Assembly (NCBI GenBank): GCA_965235115.1
Contig: OZ249439.1
Coordinates: forward strand, 18,600,001 to 18,664,000
Direction: 5' to 3'
From: Laetmonice hystrix
Taxonomy: Eukaryota
DNA: 64,000 nt
The position numbers were made by a program, and so were the translations under genes. The notes below the pieces were generated by a model. The model had not been told where the DNA came from. It saw only the letters and a program-made list of their open reading frames with translations, and searched no databases. Positions 46,772 through 58,700 of this stretch are shown here, piece after piece. The number at the start of each line of letters is the position of its first letter. Positions within the stretch are counted from its first letter, which is position 1.

Positions 46772-48917
46772 CGACTGGAGCTGACAGAGACGGACGGACG
46801 GGTATCGCCTTCACCCTCCGCTCACCATGGCCGTCCGGGAGACGTGGTCGTGGCAGACATTGGCCTGGCTTCAATCGTTATCGACCAGCGCCGTGGTAGT
46901 CCAGCCAACCCAGGAGGTACAAAAAGGAGCTGTAAAGGCAGCAACTTCACAAAATACTGTCAGCAGTTACTTAACCTTGGTTTTGGGTGATGGTTGCAAT
47001 TACTCCAGAACAAGGAAGTAAAAGTAGGTTGAAATAGTAATACGTATTTCTGATCAAAGAGCTTGTTCAGGAATGATGGAATGATGTACTTCCCTTTTAG
47101 AAAACAGTTTGGTGTTAGTGCTCGTAGACATAGGCAGTTTGTGTTGTAAAAAACAGACCAAACATGTGGTGGTAATTGTAATCAGCTGATATTTCCAGTC
47201 TCTTTCTTTGATCGTGTTTTTGCTATCGTGTCTTGTCGTTATGGCCATCTCATGTAAGGAAAGGTCGCAGGTTTTGAAACAAAATTGCACGATTTATTAA
47301 ACTGTTGGAGGTTGAGCGAAGATGCGGGATGGTGGGTGGTGTAGAGTGATTGATTTCTGTCAGGATCTACTCGGCAAGGGTTGAGAGTGGAGTCCATGTA
47401 CCGGGCGGCGATAATTGAGAGGCAGTGTGTGCAGGGTGGAGCAGAGAGTGACACAGTAACTATACAGTGGAGGATCGAGGGACCACCACTACCTCCGTGT
47501 TATCGTGGTTTGTGAGCAGATATCGGCGCCAATCACCATGCAGGAGATACACATAAAACGATATACCCGTGAACTGACGTAACAAGGCCGCAGTCCAAGG
47601 TCGGGGTGGCGGGGTGAAGTCGATGAAAGGTTTGTATACAGGAGCATGGATTGATTCTAAATACCGCGCAAACCCTGACGGCCTGCTCAACCGTTCCTAG
47701 ACTGTCGTCGTCTGTCAATGCCCGCAGTGATATTTTGGTCTCAGTGTTTATATAGATGTACTGCTATTCCTGTCGGATAGATTATAGGGCCTGAAGGAGT
47801 CAAAGACCTGTGGGTGTCGTTATAGTGTACCTTAATGTAGCTTTATACTTCTGAGATACATATGACAGATCAGCTGTCTGACTTAAAAGACGCCTTCAAA
47901 GGCGTTAAAAGCACTTAGGGTAATGTCCCTTCAGTGGTTTGAGAAGGCTCCTTAAGAATCTCAAGATGTCCTCCCAGATTAAGGCATCAAGTATGCACAC
48001 TGCTGATAGAACTGACTGATGACTCCATTTGGTGAATTTCACACATTGGCTGAAGTGATCCGTCATCGCTACTGACGCTTTGGTACATCCAATAGGAGAA
48101 GTGCGACGCTACAGAATCTATGGACATAAACAACCCAATAAAAGACAGGGATTAAGGACAGTTTGAATGTGAACCCTGGTCGCTATAAGGTAACTGACCC
48201 CAGTGTTTATAATGACACACCGTGAATGACGGCTGACTGGCTGAGTGCACCAGGACGTTGGTCTCAAAGATACTGGTACCATGAAATGTCCCACACTATT
48301 CCAACTTAACCCACTGACCTGTGCTGTCCCCAGTGGTCACCCAGTGAACACTCCTCCTGTGAGCACCCTCTGGTAACGACCTTGGCGACCCCTAGTGGCT
48401 GGAGGCCACACTATAGGTAATGGACAAGGATGCATTGTCTGCCCTCAACATTGAACACTGGCGCCAGTTTATAGACAGGAAGAGAATTATGACAGCCTGA
48501 TTGCGCACAGCCAGATTTCAGTTACTGTAAGATAGGGTAGTTGTAGGTTTTCATGAAGTCAGAACATCATAGTGATTACCTTTTGTTAACAGGAGACAGA
48601 TTGTTTTCCCGTTTAGTGGCTGACGGGAGACCTTCAGAAATCCATTGGATTGACGAATGAAAAACGTCCCGATATTGGGGACGTGAGTGTTTCTCCCTTT
48701 GATATCTGAAATTCAGAAATGAGACGGATCTCTTTGTGCTTTACCTGGGCGTAATTTGATAATTTTTATTTTGGCATTCATGTTCTCGGTCAGATAAAGG
48801 CGACACGCCGCGAGGCTGGGCACGGCCACTGATTCTACTCGCAATATTCAATTAATGAGCAAAATTACATTCCCTTCGTTGTTGGAAATGGAAATTAAAT
48901 GGTTGCTCAGATTACTT

Positions 48918-49101
48918 TTAGGCCGAACTCCCCGGTGGATTGTGTAGGCCAGGGCCGAGTTGTGGCGGGTTGTGGACTCCAGGAATAACGTCTCCAGGTG
49001 TGAGCGCCAAACTAGGCCATGTGGTGATGATGATGCCTGCCAGAACAATAGGGTGATTATGGTAGACACAGATCGACCAGACGTGACTGGTGGCCATCCT
49101 T
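48918..49101 (-). CDS. Candidate terminal exon (RMATSHVWSICVYHNHPIVLAGIIITTWPSLALTPGDVIPGVHNPPQLGPGLHNPPGSSA*)
   Basis: Strong acceptor ctgcactttcccccaccag|A. Of two open frames, this one is strongly enriched in C-ending codons; the other is ORF 48848..49069. The frame choice is inference. Confidence 0.33.
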
Positions 49102-49482
49102 CTGGTGGGGGAAAGTGCAGAATATCAATGTGTCAAATAAGTCATACAACGATATTTGACAAACTAGAAATCTAACGGAAAACGCCTGCTGCCGTGTTTG
49201 TCCCACACTCACCTTCTCGAGAAAACCGAAAGAAGAAACAGGTGGGTTGTGTATTTGGCATTAGTAACTGTCAAAACACTGGCCTTGCGCTAACATCATA
49301 AACCTATCGGTCTCTAGGCAAAAGACGCTACCGCCACGAGCAGACCGGGTCAAAGAAGACCCCGGAGGATGTTGACAGGCTGAAATGTCAGGGAGGAGGT
49401 GAAAAATTGGGTTGGGTTAGGTCGGAGTGTTATCTCAGGAGCTGGCTGCAACCGCTTCACAGAAACGCTGAAAGACACCCAA

Positions 49483-49636
49483 GGCCCGATTTCTCGAACA
49501 TACTTAAGTATACTTAAGTCTAAGTTTCACTCAAATCTACTCAAAAGAACGTTTTTAGCCAATGTGAATCCTCCATTTCCTGAGTTAAGTAAAGTTGAGT
49601 GAAACTCAGACTTAAGTATTTTCGAGAAACCGGGCC
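49483..49636. mobile_element. 154-bp MITE with long TIRs and a 3-bp TSD, PIF/Harbinger (Tourist)-type
   Basis: Left GGCCCGATTTCTCGAACATACTTAAGT(ATACTTAAGT)CTAAGTTTCACTCAA (49483-49534) mirrors the right arm TTGAGTGAAACTCAGACTTAAGTATTTTCGAGAAACCGGGCC (49595-49636). CAA flanks both sides (49480-49482 and 49637-49639). Confidence 0.85.
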
Positions 49637-50004
49637 CAAACCGCCGCGGTCACCGCCACCTGTTTTCAATGGAAAGATCACAAGGGCCTTGGACACCAAA
49701 CAGAGATATTATCACTTTCTCAAGTTCACAACCGTACCAGCTAGTATGTACTGGAGTAGTGGAGGTGGGAAGAATGGCAACCAAATGTTAACTCTTCGGC
49801 TGTGGGCAGGCAGAATGGCAGCATGTCACATATAGAGCACAAGGGAATTAGAGAATGTTAAATCGACAAGTAATCATCGTACTCCTGCCATGTCAATACA
49901 TGTCAAACATGTAAACAAACAACATTGTCTGGTGACTTGTAGAGATTTTCCGCTTACAGTCGGTCTGCATGTGAAATTGAAAGCCGGGGGAATTTGGCCT
50001 GAAT

Positions 50005-50210
50005 TAATGTTACGTGGGTCCACAATGATATTCAGACCGTGCCTAGCGGTAGTAATAATGTTACGTGGGTCCACAATGATATTCAGACCGTGCCTAGCGG
50101 TATAGTAATAATGTTACGTGGGTCCACAATGATATTCAGACCGTGCCTAGCGGTAGTAATAATGTTACGTGGGCCCACAATGATATTCAGACCGTGCCTA
50201 GCGGTAGTAA
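50005..50210 (+). repeat. Minisatellite, 4 copies of a 51-bp unit TAATGTTACGTGGGTCCACAATGATATTCAGACCGTGCCTAGCGGTAGTAA
   Basis: Units start at 50005, 50056 (53 bp, extra TA), 50109 and 50160. This explains ORFs 49890..50105 and 50039..50230. Confidence 0.97.
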
Positions 50211-53200
50211 TTAGTTACCTGATTCCCTAGTTGTGCCAGTCTGAGGTAGTCGGTGCTTGTAATGTTGGGAGGGTATGTTATTATCTCACGAGGGTGTCAC
50301 TTTAGGAATACTCTCATCTAAACTCTATCCCCTCGTCTGTTCAACCCTACCTCTTCAAAATAAACCGGGAATATACAAAACTAACCCCGAACCAAGGTGG
50401 AACGTATAACCATCAGGACCCCCCCCCCCCCCCCAGCATCCCACCAGCTTTATTCCACCCAACCAGTGTAGACGTAACTCATCTGAATTACAACTCAAGT
50501 ACAAACGTACTTTCTTAGCATCTTACCGTCGCTGTTGCACTGGCACTATTAATACACTAGGTACTACTTTTGGAGGGATTGACAGTATATTATTGTTTAA
50601 TCTGTTAGTAGATTCTTACAATTTGTCTTTAAGTGATATAAAAAACATAGAATATGATTGATTAATGCAATATTACCACCATTGTTTCTCGAAATGCGGC
50701 ATTGTAAATATCTCACCTGGGAAATCAGTGTGTGCTAGGTAAGGCCTTCCACTCCCCAGCCAGAACTGGTGTATGAATTCGGTAATATTTTAATGAACGG
50801 CGGAGACCAATATATTGGAGGCGCAGACAAATTAATTTGATTTTCCATCATATGGAGGTGAGAACAATGGTAGAAGGAAGCTGGAGAGAGTAGGTCCTGG
50901 CGATGTGCCCTGTGACCGGCCGGCTGACCTCAGCGGACCACTGACGGCATCTGTACCAACATACAGCGGCACAGGCAGTCCGCCAACCATCTCGGCCACC
51001 GGCCACCGTTATCATGTCATGGTTAGTATGGGGAAAACCTTTGTATGGTGATTACGAGTCCGTAATGGACGATCTGTACTACAGGAGAGGATTCAAGACT
51101 GGTGGGTGGGGTATTGGATGGAGTGTTTGTCTGGCCCCATGTTAATGATCACGGTGTACGGTTCGCCCACCTCACTGACAAATAACACTCCACTCTTCAT
51201 TAGGAAAGGGGCAACATCTCCAATTCAGTATAAGAGTAAGACTTTGGTAAAACTAATGATATGAAGGTATTATCGTCGCTGAAGTTAGGATACCCAGGGG
51301 CCGTTCTTGAGAATTCTGTCACTTAGGAAATATTAAATTGAACAACAGGGGTATCATCAAAGCCAAGCCTGGATATGCCAGCTGCTGTAATTACCTCGAG
51401 TGCCATTCTGCTGATATGGGAGTCTCTCCTTAACGTAATCTGCACATGACCTACATTTTTATCTGTCATTCAAGAAGATTTATCCGTCAGAAATGTGTCA
51501 ACAGCAGGTTGGATTGAAATGAAATTTCTTACGCTGTTTCCACCAGTTACTTCAACTTGTCTCCGTCCATTGATGTGTTATTTTACATTCAAGTGAAGTT
51601 ACTGAGGTAACTTAGCTTTTGTCTAAGATTGGTATATGGTGTAATGATTGGGCAATGTTTGGCTGTGGCGAGATACTTCGTGGCAAATATTGTAGTATAG
51701 TTTTCTTATTATAAATGTTAGGTAGAAACCCTTTTTGGAGGCGGGGGGTGGGGACAGGGGGTTATCTTTAACCAGAGAGCAAACATACGTGGCGTTGACT
51801 TTGAAGGTGAGATGAGTGCTTTCATTCTGATCCATGCCATCAGTTGAAGATAGGCGAGCCACAATTAAAGATCAGTAGGAATCAGCATGGGTTTAAGGTG
51901 AGGCCTCGCTCCGACAGCCGGTCCTGAGGCGCGGATCTGGACCAGAATGACAGGTCATCAGGCATTGTAACAAGCCCTCAGCATCTGTTCTCATCTAATC
52001 CAAGGCGCTTTGATCTTCCAGCTTTGAAAGTGGCCACCAGGGGGCAGTGCTAGCGGCGATCAAAGGCGAGGAGGAAGGTTGTGTGTTATGGAGGATCCTG
52101 ACCTAGGACACATGCTGGGGGTTAATGCACAGGTTGCCGGGGTAATGCCATGCTCAGGGATTTACCTGCTAGGCAGCTGGACTTTACAAGATGACAGTCA
52201 GGTATACGCACATCTGAGAGTTCCCGTATCCCCATTGTCAGTGCGCCCCTAGAGATTGTGACAGCAGTGTTGTTATCACGTGCAGGATCTGACATCTGGG
52301 TCTATGGTAACGTACCATTATCATCTGTACTAATCTTAGCTTGGACTATCGGGGATAAAGATTGCATTTTAATAACATCACTTTCCTGAAAGGGATGTGT
52401 GTCACTAAGATAGTCTGCTTTAAATGTGATTTATCCGTTAAAAATTGAAGTAATCATGAAATGGAATGAATATAACGCGCATCTGCATATATGTGTATTC
52501 ATTTCTTTATAGGCTGACAAGGAGGGAGGTGAGGCACAGGCTGGCACAGAAAAAATATGACAAAAATATGGATAGAGAAATTATGTAATAATATTGCGCG
52601 GTAAAAATATGATGCGAGTGCCATCAGCGAGAACCGTATTTAAAGCCTGGCGGGTTTTACAATATGTCAGTCACGCCACATCTATACCTTTTCAAGCGGT
52701 TAGGTTTGATTTGAAAGGCTAGAATTAATGCCAATTAGCAGCCCTGGAACGAGAGGAGATACTCAATCCATAATCAAACTCTAGATGAGTGTGTAATTAT
52801 TGAAGTGTTGACCAGACCCGGAGTGGACCCAGGTGGTAAGGTGAGAACGTCCAGGTTAATAGAGGAGACGGATCTTCTCTTTTAACATTGAACAACTGGA
52901 GGCCGTAAAGACACAGACGAGACACCACATTCCGGCCACGTCAGACGTGGTCAGACACAAGACTTTACTGGGCACAGTTTGTGGCCCAGGGACATTCCAG
53001 TCGGAGACACGCAGTCGGAACGAAGATTCATGGACGCTTGCTGAAGGCCCCCAGTAACTGTCCATCATGGAATGTCCTGACCTGCGTCTAGTCCCGTCTC
53101 CATGGTGATCATATTAGGTTCAGGTCACAGACAGAGGTAAAGGTCACAGACATGCCTCACCCCACCCCTCACCAACCCCCATTTACCGTATTGGTTTGCA

Positions 53201-55514
53201 GTCTCTAATGCGAAAGTTGCTAATATTTGTATTTTCTATCTTGATAAGGAGATGACACGTATGAATAGGTTGATGGGCCATCGGGTTTTTTATAGCCCAT
53301 CGGATCCCCCTGGCACTTGTAAGTTGACCATGAGATTGGCCTTGACCGGTCACCAACAACTGCTGGACAGAATTCTTCACACAACCACACTAAGAAGGTT
53401 CACACCGCCATTAGTTAATCCAACCCCCACTGAAGAACCACTGACTTTTACTGGGATGAAATGGTGGCCTCTGTAGGGAGCGCGGTCAGAATCGCCCCAC
53501 GAACACTGGTGGAAGTGGCTGCTGTCCCCAAGCAGTGCACAATTAATGTTGTATTGCGCTCTGAGATCAAAAGTCTGGTTGAAGGCCTGAAGTCCCTGGC
53601 CCTCTCCTCCTGCCGCCGTCCTGTGTAGCCGTCGAGTTATGGCTGTTTGACAGCTGATCCCAGCTGAAGCAGTGGTGCTCAGGTTAACAAAACAATACTG
53701 AAGGAAGCTTTTTACCACGTCGCTGGGTGGGTGACTGCGCGCCGCCAGCCTGATGGAACAGTCCCAAGCCAGTAGTTTTTGCCCGGACCTCACAAGTTGG
53801 TTTCTCAGGGGACACTGACCCCCGACCTCTTCCATGAAGTTACTGCGGTTCTTGTGACCATTAATGTCATTATTATGCTGTCTCTTCGAACCAAACAAAA
53901 TAGAAAAACGGTTGTAGTAAAAAGTGGATAAACATGCGTTGACTTCCAACCCTGCTGTGTGATATTGTAATGTGATTCAGCCCCACGCCGAGCTGGCTGG
54001 GTGATAACAGGTTTTATATGGACTCATATCACTGGTGCTCAGCTGCGGGGAGTTTCCGTTTATCTCACAGCAAAGAAACTAGAGAAGGACTGAGAAATCA
54101 TTAAACTTCATGTTTATATAATTATCGTACTTCTAGGTTGGGAATCTTGAAAACATATCCGGTGTCCTATAAAGTAACTGAGTAGCACTGAAAGGCGTTT
54201 CGCTACATGTCGTGACCCAATATGTACATGTACATAGAAGAGATAGAAAAGACGATGAGGAGTTTCAAACTACCACACTACCGGTCTTTTATTAAATGAA
54301 AGTCAACTTCAGGCAGAGACAAATAGCGTCATGTGAATAAACGAACCTTTTGCTATAGGTTTGTAAATCTTCCTTTCAAAATAGTTCTAAATTGAGACAT
54401 CCGGAGTGATTTAAGATCAGCCTCAGGCCTACTGCACCAAGTTTTTTTCCTTCCTTTTTGGAAGGGAAGTATCCTGTACTTCACTCTGAAATTTATGGAG
54501 CCGGTAACTTATAGCTTATAGTATAGCGCAGAACAGCGTTTGCCAACAGATGCGCCACTTTAATAAGTACAAGGAGACAGAAGGTTGTCAAGACACAGAG
54601 GAGATTTCCGAAAGGTTTTCTCTCCCTCTACAGGGTGATGTAAGCTTCATTAGTAAGTACGCAGAACGTTTTCGGTCGAGAATCCAATGTTTGGTTTAGA
54701 TGTTGGTTGATGAATCCGCCGGAGTCAGTCTGGCATGCTGAACAACGGCTTGGCACTGGCCTTTACTCAAAAACTCTACCGTAGATCCCCGAAGCTATGG
54801 TTTTCATTTTTAAATTCGCACTCATCACATGACTGGCTGGCATGGCCCTGTCACTACATGATACAGCATTATGTTGGTTAGAGCAAACAATGTGCCATAG
54901 CGACGTTAAAGTTGACATATTGTGAACATGCATATATAGCGTGGCGGGAATAATTGTATGATTCAACTTATTATTATATTTACATATTGATATGACATTT
55001 CCAATAGTAGCTGGAGTAATGGGAAATGATATCGAGTTATAATTTTTGTTCATTTCAGTGCTAATTTTGTTAAGCAAAGCCAATATTGATATTTCAATAC
55101 ACATGTTGCTCTAATACCAGGAATGCGCCCATGGTAGGCGTGATTGAAGTTTAAGACGTAGATGCGCCTCTAATTACATTTGTCTAATTGGGGCATATGG
55201 ATTGAACGTAGTCGAACCGTGTTTGGTATCAATGAATTAATTACCAAAACAGCCCAAGGAAATTAGTAGTTTGTTAGCCAGTGTTATTTTGGTGCTAAAA
55301 GACGGATGTTATATTTAAAATAAAGGTCTATTGAAAAGGAAACATGGGAAATAAAGCAAAGGGGATTAATTCGATATTTGAGGGAGGGAGCGGTTCTACA
55401 TGCGAGTGTTCTGCATGCCGAGTGCTGGTATGCTAGGGAAACCTGTGTCTGAGTTCTTGACGTTGAGAGGTTGGGAGTTGGGGTACAATAATAAACAATT
55501 TGCCAGCGATCTAC

Positions 55515-55747
55515 TCGGTAATATGGGCTGGGGGACCGGACGGACACCACATATAGTGAGTGTGGTGACCGACCGCTCCACGGTCCCAGCAGTCTGTCTG
55601 ACCCGGCCAGAAACCAACTGCTTTCATTGCCGCAGGCAGCCCGACAGTCCTTTACTTGCAAGCTATAGTCGTTCCCGTTCTCATTCCAAGAAACCCTGAT
55701 TGAATAAGCAAACCAGAAACTAACATCTTCCCTCACAATGGGAAACC
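55515..55747 (-). CDS. Candidate exon encoding a fibronectin type III-like module
   Basis: Strong acceptor catcttgcctctcccag|GG (phase 1). The peptide FPIVREDVSFWFAYSIRVSWNENGNDYSLQVKDC...WSGRSPHSLYVVSVRS fits the FN3 pattern SIxVSW...Y...PxxxYxVxVxA, with a W-to-P spacing of 41. The donor is uncertain. Lies within ORF 55284..55793. Confidence 0.35.
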
Positions 55748-58700
55748 CTGGGAGAGGCAAGATGTCACTTAGATTACCCCAGGAACTCCCCATGGGTCCT
55801 TAACCCCGGAGATTCAGGGACAAGAAAAGGTTAATCGGTGGTGGTATTTTGTGGCGGGCTCAATTTGTAATCTGGCCCGTTGTGGTTACAATCTCCGGTG
55901 TCATACATATAATTCAGTTTGTTGGCAAGAGTTACATATAAAGACATCGGTAGATAAACCGAGCTGATTCTAGTTGTTGTGTTGTGGCTCGGGGGTGAAA
56001 TGGGACGTGGGATGAGAGTGACAGGTGATGGGTCAGGGCACGAGGGGTAGATTGAAATATAACTGAAACAAGATGTGGGGTCAGAAAGCAATTCTACCCC
56101 AACCCTCCCCACTTGTATCTGGTCTAGTCCGGACTGACATCTCTGCTGTTGGCAGCTTTCACCGGTAGAAAGTGTTAAAACATGACCATTGCCAGTGTCA
56201 TCAAACGACCTTCAGCAACGTGTACTTTGTGCCGTATGGTGTGCAGTGTTTAACTTTGATTTTCGTATCTTTCAGACTGATCCCGTTCTCTCCATTGATA
56301 GGTATGTATTACCATAATAATCACTTACATTGGTGACTGACCAAGGAACTCTAACCTGGGAATTCACATCAAAGTCAACAGTGCTATCCAGATAATGGAT
56401 AAATTAACATGTTAAATAATGTATCTTTTTATCTTAATCGTTAATTTTTACGTTACTTTGAATTTCCTAAAATTATGGTCCATGTAATAAATTTCACTGT
56501 ATGATATGATATTGAAATGTTAATTATAAAGCTGGCAAAGCTTGCAACAAAAACGTGATTCTGATGTGTTATGTCACATCACAGCAACGATTTTCATCAT
56601 CGGGACAAAGTCGAACTAAAGTAGCGTCCATAAATTTATTACCTCACACATCGTCCTGTTGTGCAACTGATAGCACTTATAATTAGCTTATCTAAATCTG
56701 GAACATGGGAGGAATGGGCCAGGACAGACAGAGTCCGACTATTGGGGCCATTGGCTGGCGGCCCAGCGTATCGTTATCAGTCGTATCACACAGCCTGGTG
56801 GCAGACGACAAGGGTGACAAGGGAGTTTTCCTGTGCATTGGTATGATTAACATCACATTGAACAAACTGGCCGCACCACTGGAACCAATATGATCAGGAT
56901 TCCTGTGTGATATTTCTCAGTTTAGGACACAGAGTCATTTCGACCTCAATGTATAATGAAAAAAGCACAACTTAAAATGGTACAACACGGGGGGAGTACG
57001 TATGATAACACAAGGTCCTAACAGTAACTTAATTTTGGGTTTGTTTTGAAAGGCCGTAGAGGGAGTAGGGTTGCCCATATCGGAAGCCTGTCATAGTCTG
57101 TGAGACTGTCATAATTGTCCACCATTGATTTATAAGTACTTGGTGTTTAATATGCCGCCTTTCTTTAATGCTCTGAGTGTTATCTCTAAAACGAGTCACT
57201 TTAGTTCGTGAACCATCTCGTGGAGTGATAAAAACTTGGGTGGTTTTGAAATACTGTACATAATGATGGCACGGGTGGCAGGAAAACTTGGACCAGCAAC
57301 CATAGCCGGTCACCAACAGGCATCCTCGGCCAGGCTGTCAAGCTGGACAATACTGGTGGATATGACATATTAAGGGGTCGACAAAGAAGGTCAAAAACTT
57401 CGGTAGCTTTTCGTCTGTCTTGTTTTAGAAAACGTAGAGTTTATTGTCGAAATTACCCACTTCGCTGGGGTATGTGACGTATTTTAGGATTGAAAAGCTA
57501 TGGCACAGAGAATAGAACTGGCAAGTTTTATTGGTCTTACGCAGTAACAAAAGGCGAGACATATAAAGCAGACAGAAAGTCGGAGTTTTGACGGATTTAG
57601 ACACATAGCCACAGAGACCAAAGTCTGGGTATCTTCGGTGAAAGTATTGGTAGACCCGGGGTCATGTCTGATAGGTTTGACGCTCTGACCGAGCCAGGGG
57701 CCAATCTGACCTGACTTTGTAAAGGTTCATCAAGCACACTGCTTGGGCAGAAGTCACAACCGGGTAATTCAGGTAAGCTTCCAAAACTACATGGGCCTGG
57801 CTTCCACGCATGCCTATGGGAATGGTGTGATGCAGGGAACCAGGTGCATCATATTTTTAACCCTTGAGAACAAGAATGAGGGTATCACTTCCCGGAAAGT
57901 TGAAAGGACTCAAACTAGGGAGGTACTTGTGTAAAATATCCTAAACTGCAAGCACCAGTTACAACGATAAGAAGTATCAAGGGTAACTTGGAATAACTTT
58001 ACATTTCTGTATGGAGGATCCTCCCCCTAGGGTTTAACGACCAATTTGAGCAGTGCTGTAGGTATGCGCAGGCCTCGGGAAATCAGCGACGACATCCTCG
58101 CCCCAGAATAAATATATTCTCCGGCTATATAGCTTAGTGAAGTCATATATTTTCTAAAATGCAGTCAAGGAGCTGAACCTTAATAACACTTTGGCCTTGA
58201 CTCTCGTGAAGACATCTTCAGAGTTGATCGAGGACCGTAACCTCCCATAATGAGGTCTGCAGGCAGAATCGGCCTAGAATATTGAGTTCTGTATTTATGG
58301 GAAGACCCTCTGATGAAAAGAAAACAGAGCCACCACTCGGGGCATGGTCTGCTGCTCGCAGCCAGACGTGTTTGTAAATAGAGACTGGGATTATCTCTCG
58401 ACTCGCCGCCCTCAGCTCGGACTGACCAGGCCTCGGGATCTGTCCTTTAGAACATGAACACCCTAAAGCTGAGGTCATTGAACATAATGAAGATACCAAC
58501 GTATGCCACCAACCCAGGTCAGGATCACTTCACCCTTCTTCCTGTCCCACCATTGCACGGGTGTGGACACAGATTCATAGAGGCAGGCTTGATAAGGAAC
58601 AAGAAAACCATGGTGAATAGGAATGGGAAAACTTTGCTCGAGAAGATGATGTTTGCGTTCACACATTGAGTCAGATGTGCCAACGTTGGCGAATAAGTTT

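Noticed and set aside
50242-50290. let-7-like miRNA (TGAGGTAGTCGGT...)
   Set aside because: Only the 5' about 13 nt resemble let-7. The fold is short (about 47 nt), relies on many G-U pairs and has no lower stem.
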